From NCBI RefSeq assembly GCF_001194135.2, contig NC_068991.1:1759795-1813186 (forward strand): a DNA stretch of 53,392 nt, given 5' to 3'. Under the pieces are notes generated by a model. It was not told where the DNA came from, searched no databases, and saw nothing but the letters and a program-made list of their open reading frames with translations. The DNA comes from Octopus bimaculoides (taxonomy: Eukaryota). Positions 1 through 12,495 of the stretch are shown piece by piece. Every line of letters starts with the position of its first letter. Position 1 is the stretch's first letter. The position numbers and the translations under genes are program-made.

Positions 1-781
1 TGGAAGTCTACAAGAACTTTCTTTTGTTTAAACCAAAAATTGCTTCTAAATAACTCTATTTACTCCTTTTGAAGCGAGATTTAATTTCAGTTTATTATTT
101 TAATTGTAATTTATTCTTTGTCTTAGAAATTCCTTGGATGAAACAGAAATTTTATGCTGATATTTAAAAATACGGATATTTAAAAAGAAGGTCAAATCGT
201 TATTTTTCTTGAGGCAGGCACAGCATACGCCACAAGACGATATAGGCTGTTGAAGGGAAAAGGAGTCTCATCCTCTCCGTTTATCGTGAAGATAATATTC
301 CTTGACTTCCAAGGAAATGGTTCTATGCAAGGAAGAAAGGATCTGACAATTCGAAAACAGGACTACGATTAGCGCAGGTGAGAGAAGACTGAAATTCTTG
401 GTTTCTCAAGAAAGAAATAAAATGTCGAAGCCACTGATAGCTGAGTTTAGAATTTCTGAATAACGAGTTTTCAGAAGAACCGCGAGCACAGTGATTCTCA
501 ACCAGGGTCCAAGTGACATACATTGCCATATAAAAAGCACAACAGAACCAAATAATATCCATACCTTTACGAATACAGACTGCTGGAAGAACATCCTAAT
601 AAAAAGAGTAACCCAGCCTAAGCACAACAAGCCAAATGCAGACTTATGCAACAAGGTGCAATAGTCGTGTGTCGTTTTGTGTCGGGGATGTGAATGTCTC
701 TGCAAAAATTGTAATAAAGAAGCTCCAGAAAGAACTAAGAAAGCTACAACTCTTATATCGAGGCTGCACTGGGCTACTCTA

Positions 782-1103
782 CTGGCGTTCCATCGGTTAC
801 CACGACAAGGGTTCGAATGGATCCAATCAACAGAACAGCTTGTTCGTGAAATTAACGTGCAAAGTGACTGAGCACTCCACAGACACGCGTACCTATAACG
901 TAGTTCTCAGGGAGATTCTGCGTGACATAGAACATCATAAAGCTGGTCCTTTGAATTACAGGTACAACTCATTTTGGCCAGCTGAGTGGATTGGAGCCAC
1001 ATGAAATAAAGTATCTTGCTTAAAGGCATAATGCACCACCGGGAATCGAACTGATGACCTTAGGGTCCTGGGCCGAGTACCCTAACCACTAAGCCACGCA
1101 CCT
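782..1103 (-). mobile_element. tRNA-derived SINE, family M (Meta/Inv-domain-like centre), near full length
   Basis: Minus strand reads A-box TGGCTTAGTGG, B-box GTTCGATTCCC, central AAGCAAGATACTTTATTTC and tail ...GTAACCGATGGAACGCCA. It is colinear with the copies at 25835, 27400, 39598, 51232 and 52397. It accounts for most of ORF 636..1004. Confidence 0.85.
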
Positions 1104-1913
1104 TGGCTGTACTGGGCTACGAAACAATAGATCTGCATAAAAACCTAGAAATGCTTCGATTCTCCAGAAAAGAAGAGAGCAGCTTCGCGTTCTCCAGATG
1201 CAATCAATTAGAAGTGCAATGAGCATTTGTAAAAGAAAAGGAAGGTGAACACAAGCCTTCAAACGCATTTACATACAAAATAAATATGAACGCACGCAAA
1301 TAAACAGCGGTGGACATACACTTGCGTTCTGTTGTGACACGCACACCCACGCTTTCCAGTTTATCCGCTCGCATGCACACACACTCACACACACACACAA
1401 ACACACACACAAACACACACACAAAAACACATACACATGCATACATCAAACAATTCAGATAAGCTGAAACCTCGAGAAATGTTTTGACTTAAAGAAAATA
1501 GCTTTGTCACTTCGTTAGCGATCGGCTTCAATTCTACAAAGGAAAAAAAAACTTACAATATATCCCAAGTAAACACATACATACATGCACACATACATAC
1601 ATATATACATACATACCTACATACATACATACCTACACACATACATACATACATACATGTAGAAAACTCTACGTCAACGATTTTCAACCTTCCTTGTCTC
1701 CCGCCCACTTTGATTTCACGAAAACGTGCAAACCACTGTAAATTGACAACTTAGTATATATATATATATNNNNNNNNNNNNNNNNNNNNNNNNNNNNNNN
1801 NNNNNNNNNNNNNNNNNNNNNNNNNNNNNNNNNNNNNNNNNNNNNNNNNNNNNNNNNNNNNNNNNNNNNNNNNNNNNNNNNNNNNNNNNNNNNNNNNNNN
1901 NNNNNNNNNNNNN

Positions 1914-1963
1914 TTCTTTTACTTGTTTCAGTCATTTGACTGCGGCCATACTGGAGTACGGCC
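1914..1963 (-). mobile_element. 3' tip of family C SINE
   Basis: TTCTTTTACTTGTTTCAGTCATTTGACTGCGGCCATACTGGAG matches the tail of the copies at 32205 and 43967. Confidence 0.75.
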
Positions 1964-2066
1964 TATATATATTGGAAGGTTTGGAGGTGATGTACAGGAA
2001 TTATATATTAGAAAAAATAATCAGGTACTCAGATGTCTGGATGGTTGTACATTTACAGATTTTTAT

Positions 2067-2180
2067 TCATATGTCATGTTTTATAAATTAGCGCTTTCAC
2101 CTTGTCTTGTAGGGTCATCAAATTTGAAAACCCTACAAGACTAGGTGAAAGCGCTAATTTATAAAACATGTGACATATGA
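2067..2180. repeat. Long foldback (inverted repeat) element, copy 1
   Basis: Arms 2067-2115 and 2130-2180 are reverse complements with one mismatch and a 2-nt bulge. The 14-nt loop contains the palindrome TCAAATTTGA. Confidence 0.9.
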
Positions 2181-2270
2181 GTTCATTGAATGAGAGTAAG
2201 TATCTGGGTCGATTCGTTCTACAAAGCCATTCCAGGCTTCAGTTAAATGAGCGAAGCAAGTTAAAGAAGC

Positions 2271-2401
2271 CAGAAGCACATGGTTCTGAGTCCATCTCCT
2301 CTGCGTGTCACTTTACGGTGTATCTACTCTCGTCTCGAGTTCACCAAAGTTTTGTGGGTGGATTTGGTTGACGGAAACTGAACCAAAAAAGCACGTTGTA
2401 T
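2271..2401 (+). mobile_element. Degenerate family C SINE 5' half
   Basis: CACATGGTTCTGAGT...GTGGATTTGGTTGACGGAAACTGAA, followed by a TG tract. A detached tail (CATGGCCGCAGTCTAATGTCTGAAACA) lies at about 2716-2760. Confidence 0.6.
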
Positions 2402-2939
2402 ACGTGTGTGTGTGTTTGAGAGAAAGAGACTGTGTATGTGGTGTGTGTGTGTGTGAGAGAGAGAGACTGTGTGTGTCAATGAGAAAGAGAGAGACTGTGT
2501 GTGTGTGGCGTATGTGTGTGTGGTGTATGTGTGTGTGGTGTGTGTGTGTGGTATATGTGTGTGTGGTGTGTGTGTGTGGTGTATGTGTGTGTGGTGTATG
2601 TGTGTGTGGTGTATGTGTGTGTTTGTGTGTGTGAGAGAGAGAGAGAGAGAGACTGCGTGTGTGGTGTGTGTGTGTGTGTCTATCTCTGTGTCTGCCTGTG
2701 TGTGCATGTGAGTGCGTGTGCCCCAACATGGCCGCAGTCTAATGTCTGAAACAAATAAAAAGAAAAAGTTTTTATGTGTGCATTGGTGTGCACGCACTTG
2801 TTTGCGCGCGCGTGCACTTGTCTGTCTGCACGCGCGCGCGTGCGTGTGTATAATAAAGGCGAGAAGGGGAGACAAGCGAGCGGAAGAACTTTTAAAGGAA
2901 GAGAGAAAGAAACACGGTGAATGGAGAAACGAAAAGAAG

Positions 2940-3342
2940 GGACAGTGATTGGCCGAGTGCATCGTGGTTTGAGGGTGCAAGTGAGAGTGTGAGTGAGAAT
3001 ATAAGTATCTGAGTGAGTGGAAGGGTATGTAGCCGTGCGAGTGAGGGTGTGAAAAAATATTTGAGTGAAAGACTGGAAGCATGGTTGTTTGAATGAGTGA
3101 AGAATTATTTGAGAGATTGAATGAATGAATGATGTGATTAAACGTTTGCGTGAGTGAGAGAGTGAGTGAGTGAGTGAGTGAGTGAGTGGAGGTGTGTCTG
3201 TTCAAGTATAATTTTGTATGAAAAGCACAGGTGTGACTGTGTGGTAAGAAGGTTGCTTTCCAATCACATGGTTCCGAGTTCCGTCTCACTGCGAGGCACC
3301 TTGGTCAAGTGTCTTCTACTATAGCCTCAAGCCAATTAAAGC

Positions 3343-3391
<49 letters not shown>

Positions 3392-4148
3392 TCCTACCGC
3401 TACTTGACGAGCGGAGACGGTTTGTTTACGTCCTCGTAACTTAGCAGGACAGCAAAAGAGATCGTTACAATAAGTACCAGGGTTTAAAACAAAGCCCTGC
3501 ATGGCCGCAGGTTGATCAGTGAAACTAGAAAAGGGTCAAAGGTTGAGGGGACAAAACTGTATAGATATCTGCAGGTGAGTGAGTGTCTAAGTGAGTGCTC
3601 GAGGTGTGAAGCATGGGAGCATTGAGTGAGCGGTTAAGGGGGTAAGATTTTGGAGGAAGTAGGTGAGTGAGTGTTTATGCAAATTAGCGAGAGAGTGAAA
3701 TATAAGAGTGTTTGCATAAAGGTAAGTTCATGCGTGTGTATATTTGAGCTGAGACGTTAAACGAGAGTTTGAGTGAAGGGTGAGTCAGTGTTTAACTGAG
3801 AGAGTGGTTGTGTGAGTAAGCCTTAGAATGGAGGAGGGAGAGAGCACGAGGGTGTGGTGCAGCCACTTGAGTGTGAAGTGGAGTGATTGAGTATTGCGAT
3901 GAGTGGGTTGGTGTATTCGCATTGTGAATTGAGTGATTGAATTGTGGGTTTGAGAGTGTCGGTATTTCATTTGTTTTTGTTGAGCAGTGGTGTGAGTGTA
4001 GCTGCTTGAGGTATGATGAGGATGAGGGAGAGGGGGTGAGGGTGCACATGCTTTAATGTTGAGGGTCGAATGAGAGAGTGAGTGAGAGTTTGAATGAATG
4101 AAGAGAGACGGAAGGAAAGAGTGGACGAAAAGAAAAAGGGGAAGATTG

Positions 4149-4179
<31 letters not shown>

Positions 4180-4354
4180 TGAATTATGAAGAATGAGTGA
4201 AAGTTTTCGTATGAGTGTGTGTGTTTATAAGTGTGGGAACAAGTGAATGCGTGAGTGGATGTATATGTGAGTGTGTGCGAGTGAGTGTGTGTGCGTATGT
4301 TTGGGTAAGTGTGTGTATGAGTGCCATTATAAGAGAGTATATGCGAGTGTGAGA

Positions 4355-4414
<60 letters not shown>

Positions 4415-4745
4415 AAGATAGCAAATGGGAGGAAGAATGAGAGATGACGAAAATAAAATATAAGGGAAAGATTGAGATAAAGAAAGAGAGACAAGAGGAA
4501 TTATAACGGAAAATCAAAAGAGAAGAGAAAGAAAGAGAGAGAGAAAGAAAGAAAGAGAGAGAGAAGAATAAAGTGTTTGTTGTGTGTGTTTTGGTTTTAG
4601 TCAGTCCGCCGTTTGCTGCAGTGGAACACTCGCCAAACCTCTCTTCCTTACTCTGACAGGAGAGAGAAGAGTGAGAGTGAGAGTGAGAGAGAGAGAGATA
4701 GAAGAGGGAGAGAGATAGAAAGAGAGAAAGAGTGAGTATCAGAGA
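2940..4745. repeat. C-depleted low-complexity tract of decayed GAGT/GTGT/GAGA repeats, interrupted by a SINE
   Basis: The plus strand is dominated by GAGT, GAAT, GTGT and GAGA units, and it is a nearly pure polypurine tract in parts of 4060-4745. Confidence 0.75.
3225..3533 (+). mobile_element. Family C SINE (tRNA head plus CORE-like centre, OR2-like)
   Basis: Head TGACTGTGTGG...GGTTCCGAGTT, CORE-like GGCACCTTGGTCAAGTGTCTTCTACTATAGCCTC, internal (TG)n, tail CATGGCCGCAG. Confidence 0.8.
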
Positions 4746-5699
4746 CAGCATCAAGCAACCGGCCTGCCTGTATACACACACACATACATATACACATATA
4801 TGTGTATATATATACATACACATACACGTATACATACGGACATACCCATATACACGTATACATAAACAGTGACCCACACATATAGACGCACACACACACA
4901 CACACACACGCGCGGACGCTAACTAAAACGTGTCTCTGTGGATATGTAAAAATATAATTTATATCAATACACAGGTATACACACACACACACACACACAC
5001 ACACGCGCGCACATATATAAAATTATATATATAAATACGTACATATCCACAGACGTACACCCATATACAAACATACACACACACACGCATACATATACAC
5101 ATACGTATACACACAGGCACACGTGCGCACATACACGTCCATATGTACGTCCATATGTATATTGTTAGGTGTGTGTGTTTGTGTAGTGCGTAAAATGCGA
5201 GTCAATGAGGACAGTTTGAGATGCTATTTTACCGAAATCTTGCAAGCTGTCCCATCACACGCTCTTGTACAGTCCCTGCTGTTGCCGTTCTACGACGCTG
5301 CACTTAGATCGGCGTGCATATATCATCATAATGTTCGATCGCATGCATGTGGTGGCGCTGCTGACTGTCCGCATGTAGTTATTTAGTCGGAGAGCGACAG
5401 TAACCTTATCATGTTCGAGACTTCTTCGCTTAGTTCCTCTACTACCCGGAGAAATTAAAGACCACTTTACCGATGCCGAGATATACTGACAGACGAACAG
5501 AAGCTGTTATACACCGACAAAGAATAGCCGAATATATGAATTCGAAGCTACGAGCACCGACTCTACGAATGTAAATAAACGAATAAATAATAATAATAAT
5601 AATAATATTAAGACTCATATTATTATTATCGTTATTAATACTATTATTATTAGTGGTAGTAATAATAATAATGATATTCAAATACTAAAGAAAAATATA

Positions 5700-6988
5700 C
5701 ATATATATATATTATATATATATATATATATTATACATATTTACTCACTCACACACGTGTATGTGTGTGCATATAATTAGTTGTATTTTTAAATATTAAT
5801 TTTTTTTTTCGCACGAAGTATAAAGAAGGAGGGACATGCCCATAGCTTACTCNNNNNNNNNNNNNNNNNNNNNNNNNNNNNNNNNNNNNNNNNNNNNNNN
5901 NNNNNNNNNNNNNNNNNNNNNNNNNNNNNNNNNNNNNNNNNNNNNNNNNNNNNNNNNNNNNNNNNNNNNNNNNNNNNNNNNNNNNNNNNNNNNNNNNNNN
6001 NNNNNNNNNNNNNNNNNNNNNNNNNNNNNNNNNNNNNNNNNNNNNNNNNNNNNNNNNNNNNNNNNNNNNNNNNNNNNNNNNNNNNNNNNNNNNNNNNNNN
6101 NNNNNNNNNNNNNNNNNNNNNNNNNNNNNNNNNNNNNNNNNNNNNNNNNNNNNNNNNNNNNNNNNNNNNNNNNNNNNNNNNNNNNNNNNNNNNNNNNNNN
6201 NNNNNNNNNNNNNNNNNNNNNNNNNNNNNNNNNNNNNNNNNNNNNNNNNNNNNNNNNNNNNNNNNNNNNNNNNNNNNNNNNNNNNNNNNNNNNNNNNNNN
6301 NNNNNNNNNNNNNNNNNNNNNNNNNNNNNNNNNNNNNNNNNNNNNNNNNNNNNNNNNNNNNNNNNNNNNNNNNNNNNNNNNNNNNNNNNNNNNNNNNNNN
6401 NNNNNNNNNNNNNNNNNNNNNNNNNNNNNNNNNNNNNNNNNNNNNNNNNNNNNNNNNNNNNNNNNNNNNNNNNNNNNNNNNNNNNNNNNNNNNNNNNNNN
6501 NNNNNNNNNNNNNNNNNNNNNNNNNNNNNNNNNNNNNNNNNNNNNNNNNNNNNNNNNNNNNNNNNNNNNNNNNNNNNNNNNNNNNNNNNNNNNNNNNNNN
6601 NNNNNNNNNNNNNNNNNNNNNNNNNNNNNNNNNNNNNNNNNNNNNNNNNNNNNNNNNNNNNNNNNNNNNNNNNNNNNNNNNNNNNNNNNNNNNNNNNNNN
6701 NNNNNNNNNNNNNNNNNNNNNNNNNNNNNNNNNNNNNNNNNNNNNNNNNNNNNNNNNNNNNNNNNNNNNNNNNNNNNNNNNNNNNNNNNNNNNNNNNNNN
6801 NNNNNNNNNNNNNNNNNNNNNNNTATATATATATATCCATATATATATTATATATATATATATATATTATACATATTTACTCACTCACACACGTGTATGT
6901 GTGTGCATATAATTAGTTGTATTTTTAAATATTAATTTTTTTTTTCGCACGAAGTATAAAGAAGGAGGGACATGCCCATAGCTTACTC
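5700..6988. other. About 150-bp exact duplication flanking a 971-N gap (5700-5852 = 6836-6988); probable unmerged contig overlap
   Basis: The sequences are identical, including the T10 run, and the first copy ends exactly at the gap start. Confidence 0.85.
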
Positions 6989-7292
6989 ATGTAGGACTAT
7001 TAATGATCGATATTACTGCAATCATAGATTCAAGTTCCTGGTTGTAGACGTCTGGCGGGGTGGATGGGGGGACGCTCGTATGTACGTGCTGCTTGAGTGT
7101 GGCGGCTTACAACCAATATATGCACAAACACACACACATATATATGTATATACATACACACATACACACATATATATATATATGTATGTATATGTATGTA
7201 TACATACGTACATAGGTATCTGTGTGTTTTCTTGTGTATGTAAATCGAATATAGAAGACGACGGGGGTTGAGAACGTTGCATGCAGGATGTG

Positions 7293-7345
<53 letters not shown>

Positions 7346-7349
7346 TCGC

Positions 7350-7384
<35 letters not shown>

Positions 7385-8292
7385 NNNNNNNNNNNNNNNN
7401 NNNNNNNNNNNNNNNNNNNNNNNNNNNNNNNNNNNNNNNNNNNNNNNNNNNNNNNNNNNNNNNNNNNNNNNNNNNNNNNNNNNNNNNNNNNNNNNNNNNN
7501 NNNNNNNNNNNNNNNNNNNNNNNNNNNNNNNNNNNNNNNNNNNNNNNNNNNNNNNNNNNNNNNNNNNNNNNNNNNNNNNNNNNNNNNNNNNNNNNNNNNN
7601 NNNNNNNNNNNNNNNNNNNNNNNNNNNNNNNNNNNNNNNNNNNNNNNNNNNNNNNNNNNNNNNNNNNNNNNNNNNNNNNNNNNNNNNNNNNNNNNNNNNN
7701 NNNNNNNNNNNNNNNNNNNNNNNNNNNNNNNNNNNNNNNNNNNNNNNNNNNNNNNNNNNNNNNNNNNNNNNNNNNNNNNNNNNNNNNNNNNNNNNNNNNN
7801 NNNNNNNNNNNNNNNNNNNNNNNNNNNNNNNNNNNNNNNNNNNNNNNNNNNNNNNNNNNNNNNNNNNNNNNNNNNNNNNNNNNNNNNNNNNNNNNNNNNN
7901 NNNNNNNNNNNNNNNNNNNNNNNNNNNNNNNNNNNNNNNNNNNNNNNNNNNNNNNNNNNNNNNNNNNNNNNNNNNNNNNNNNNNNNNNNNNNNNNNNNNN
8001 NNNNNNNNNNNNNNNNNNNNNNNNNNNNNNNNNNNNNNNNNNNNNNNNNNNNNNNNNNNNNNNNNNNNNNNNNNNNNNNNNNNNNNNNNNNNNNNNNNNN
8101 NNNNNNNNNNNNNNNNNNNNNNNNNNNNNNNNNNNNNNNNNNNNNNNNNNNNNNNNNNNNNNNNNNNNNNNNNNNNNNNNNNNNNNNNNNNNNNNNNNNN
8201 NNNNNNNNNNNNNNNNNNNNNNNNNNNNNNNNNNNNNNNNNNNNNNNNNNNNNNNNNNNNNNNNNNNNNNNNNNNNNNNNNNNNNNNNNNNN

Positions 8293-8340
<48 letters not shown>

Positions 8341-8877
8341 CTTGTGTATGTGTGTGAAAGAGAGCATGAATTCAACTCCTCTCTCTCTCTCTCTCTCGCT
8401 CTCTCTTTCTCTTTCTATGCATCTATCAATCTGTCCATCTCTCCACATCATTTATTCCTCTTCTCCTGCCGTCATTTATTCGCTTCCAGCTCACGAGGGA
8501 CCCTCTAGGACGCGGTTACTACACTGCTAGAAACACCACACAAGTTACCTTAGAATCACTTCATACCACCGAGTAACAATATCACAGGAAACAGACGTGA
8601 TGGTCATGGCTGTAACGGCTTTCATCACAGGCCAAACATCTGCCAATGAGGCTGGCTTGAGGCTAAATAACAATTTTTGCCTTTTTTCTGCTTCACTTTT
8701 TTCATCGCTTTATTCAACGCCTTCATAAACATGTCTGTATGTATTTATGCGTATATATGTGTGTGTGTATGTATATGAATGTAGATGTGTATGAATGTGT
8801 TCTTACGTTAGTTTATGTATCTGTGTATATTTGTGCATGTTTGTATGTGTGTGTATGCATTGTGTATGTGAATGAAT

Positions 8878-9215
8878 GGTTGCGTCGCTGTGTGGAAAAT
8901 AGCTTCAGTCCGAACTACATGGTTCCAGGTTCAATCCCAAAACCTGTCAGTTTCGATGTATTCTGCTACAACCATAGGACAACCAAGCCTTGAGAGTGGA
9001 CTCTGTGTGTGTGTGTGTGTGTGTATGTCCGTGTTTTTTACCCCACCACCACTTGAGAACCGGTAGTTTTCTGTTTGCGTTTCAGTAACCTAGCAGTACG
9101 TCAATAGATTTCGATAGAATAAGTATCAGACATTAAAAAGCAAGTACTGGGGTCGATTCTTCAAGGCGATGCCCCAGCATGGCCGCAGTCTGATGATTGA
9201 AACAAGGAAAAGATA
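8878..9215 (+). mobile_element. Family C SINE, degenerate
   Basis: ACATGGTTCCAGGTTCAATCCC head, ACCAAGCCTTGAGAGTGGA, (TG)n, tail GGCGATGCCCCAGCATGGCCGCAGTC. Confidence 0.8.
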
Positions 9216-9303
9216 ATAGATATGAATATACCTGTGTGTGTCTGTGTGTGTGCGTTTGTGTACGCGTGCGTGTGTATATATAATTACATTAGCTGTATAG
9301 TTA

Positions 9304-9334
<31 letters not shown>

Positions 9335-9537
9335 GTGTGTGTGTGTGTATGTGTGTGTGTGTATGTATGTATGTATATGCACAGATAACTACTTACAACA
9401 TCGCGCGCGCGTGCGCATGCAGTCAAGGTATTGCGAAGCCTATATCTACCGAAACTTCGAAGTCACTGTTAATAATGTTTTTCAAAACATACAGCAAACA
9501 GAGTAAGCGAAGGAATCCTTTATTTCATTTTATTTTT

Positions 9538-9865
9538 TTTTTCAGTTATTAGACTGCGGTCATGCTGAGGCACCGTCTTGGGGAATTTTAATCGAATGGA
9601 TATTGGTACTTATTCTATCAGTCACTTTCGCTGAACTGCTATGTGACGAGGACGTAAACGCGACAACACCGGTTGTCGAACGGTGGTGGGAGACAAACGC
9701 AGATACTATGACACGTATAGATGTATATACACACACCGGGCTTCGAATGTGTATATCTTCATTGACAAAGCATTTGTCAGCCCGAGGTTATAATAGACGA
9801 CGCGTGGCCAAGGTACCACGCAGTGAGAATGAACCTGGAACCATGTGGCTGGAATGTGGCTTATG

Positions 9866-9870
<5 letters not shown>
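9538..9870 (-). mobile_element. Family C SINE, degenerate, inverted relative to the 8878 copy
   Basis: TTCAGTTATTAGACTGCGGTCATGCTG...GACGTAAAC...CCAAGGTACCACGCAGTG...GAACCATGTGG. Confidence 0.8.
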
Positions 9871-9942
<72 letters not shown>

Positions 9943-10197
9943 AACAATATATGAGTATATGCATATATATGTACATGTATGTATATACGTTCATCTACAT
10001 GTACATATAGATACATAACTGGGTACATGACGTGGCAAAAGAACAAGGACAAAATGGTAAACAAGGTGCAACAAACAAGCAGGCCACATAGAAACATCCC
10101 CTTCATCAGCTGCCACCATTAAAACTCCGGCGTTTCGAAGAATTATACATATATATATATATAATATATATATACCTGTATGTGTGTATAGAGATGT

Positions 10198-10261
10198 GGA
10201 TAGACAGACAGACAGACAGATAGACAGACAGACAGATAGATAGATAGATAGATAGATAGAC

Positions 10262-10324
<63 letters not shown>

Positions 10325-10327
10325 CAA

Positions 10328-10372
<45 letters not shown>
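10198..10372. repeat. (GACA)n/(GATA)n microsatellite
   Basis: Direct reading. Confidence 0.95.
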
Positions 10373-10373
<1 letters not shown>

Positions 10374-10568
10374 GTGTGTGCGTGTGTGTAAGGTAGTAGT
10401 GGGGGGAGTCCATCAACAAGCTGGCAGAGTTACCTCCTCCCATATCCACCAGTCAGTTTACCGTTTGTGGTGCATCAAGTGTGCTGTTCCGTTCTGCAGT
10501 GCTGCTCCCTCCACCCCCTCACCTTCCATACGCCATCTCTGTTTTTGTCTCTTGCCTTGTTTTCTGTA

Positions 10569-10614
<46 letters not shown>

Positions 10615-10797
10615 CTCTCTGTCTCGTTGTCTGTCTGCCTGCCTGCCTGCCTATTTATCTATCTATCTATCTATCCTGCCCCCTCCACACACATACACTT
10701 TCTCTCTATCCATGTATGTTGGTGAGTACGTGTGCATGTGTACGTACCTGTACATACATGTACATACATACGCATGCATACGTATGTATATATATGA

Positions 10798-10838
<41 letters not shown>

Positions 10839-11200
10839 AAGAGATTGAGAGCAACAGCGAGAGAGAGAGAGAGAGACGTGTGTCTGCGCGCGTGTAGATT
10901 GTACATATACAATATATGTGTGAGGGTATATACACAAATTCATACACACACACACACACACACGTTCCACAGATATATATGTTCATATCGATGTATGTTT
11001 TTATGTATAGATGCATACATCTCTCCCACACACCCATCCTTCTCTCTCTCTCTCTCTCTTTCTTATTTTCCTTTTTATATGTTTGCGCATACATGTGTAT
11101 ATGGATGTATGTATTATATATATCCGTTTGTTTTTATAGGTATTTGTATGAGTAAGATTTTGTGCATCTGCTTTGCAGTACGTATACACACACACACACA

Positions 11201-11239
<39 letters not shown>

Positions 11240-12108
11240 TTATACATACATATAAACATACATACATACATGCATACATACATACATGCATACATACATG
11301 AATGCATACATACCTGCATATATTTTTGTGTGTATGTGTGCGCATCTATCTATCAGAGTGTCTCCACAGACCATAAGCAACATGTGTGGTAATCAGACTT
11401 TATTGGAAACCTAAGCATACCAACTAGACATTTTTTTTTTTAACTCGTGTCGATCTATTTCAAATATACATATTTTTATGTGGTGGGGAGGGTGAATGAC
11501 ATTTTTACTCTACAATAATTTGCCTTCCAGAATCTTAAAACATTTCGGGCGGTCACCATTCATCGCATTCGCACCTGAAGATCGCAGTGACGTGAAAATT
11601 GAGTCGCGAGAAAATGAATTCAGCTTACATATACTCTAACTCATGTATTGAGTTCTCATGAAGTACACTGTGCTTCCATTTCTCTTTCGTTGACAAATTG
11701 TAACGTTTGAGTATATGTGTGTGTATGCATATGTATATATGTGTGTGTATGCATATGTATATATGTGTGTGTGTGCGTGCGCGCGCGCGTGTGTCTACAT
11801 ATATATAGACATATATACATGTCTACATATATATAGACATATATATATATGTATATACATATGTGTATGTATATATATATGCATATACATATGTCTCTAT
11901 GCAAAGATGTATAGATATATGCATACACGTTAAACTTCTATGCAACTTGAGTGTTGTTTTGTGCCTTTACTTTCAGTTTCATGAATGTTCGATCTGTCAA
12001 GCAATTATTTTGATCGATACATCAACACGGCTTATTGACTGATTTGTGAGCACTTGTGAAACTTATGAAGCCATCAACCATGTATGTATACATATATACA
12101 CCCATATC

Positions 12109-12157
<49 letters not shown>

Positions 12158-12358
12158 ACGTATGTATGCATATTTATGTATGTGTGTGAGTGTACATATA
12201 TTCATCGGACAGTCCGATCAAGGCGAAGAAGGCCGAAGCTTTGAAGGAATTACCAATATATACTCTATAGAATGCATTGAGTAATCCTTCAATTTAATGA
12301 AAAAATTGTTTTATCGTAACTTGACATAAAAACACACACACACACACACACAAACACA

Positions 12359-12433
<75 letters not shown>

Positions 12434-12461
12434 GGGAGAGAGAGAGGGAGAGACATATGAA

Positions 12462-12495
<34 letters not shown>

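Noticed and set aside
636-1004. 122-aa plus-strand ORF
   Set aside because: More than half of it is the antisense of a family M SINE, and there is no recognisable homology.
2324-3289. 321-aa minus-strand ORF
   Set aside because: The His/Thr/Ser-rich translation comes from TG and GAGT repeats and a SINE fragment; no domain.
5700-6988. Direct repeat that could be read as LTRs or a tandem duplication
   Set aside because: It is an exact copy ending at the gap edge with no TG...CA termini, typical of an unmerged contig overlap.
5749-8530. Long ORFs of 350-420 aa, and all other poly-X ORFs
   Set aside because: They run through N gaps and (TA)n tracts.
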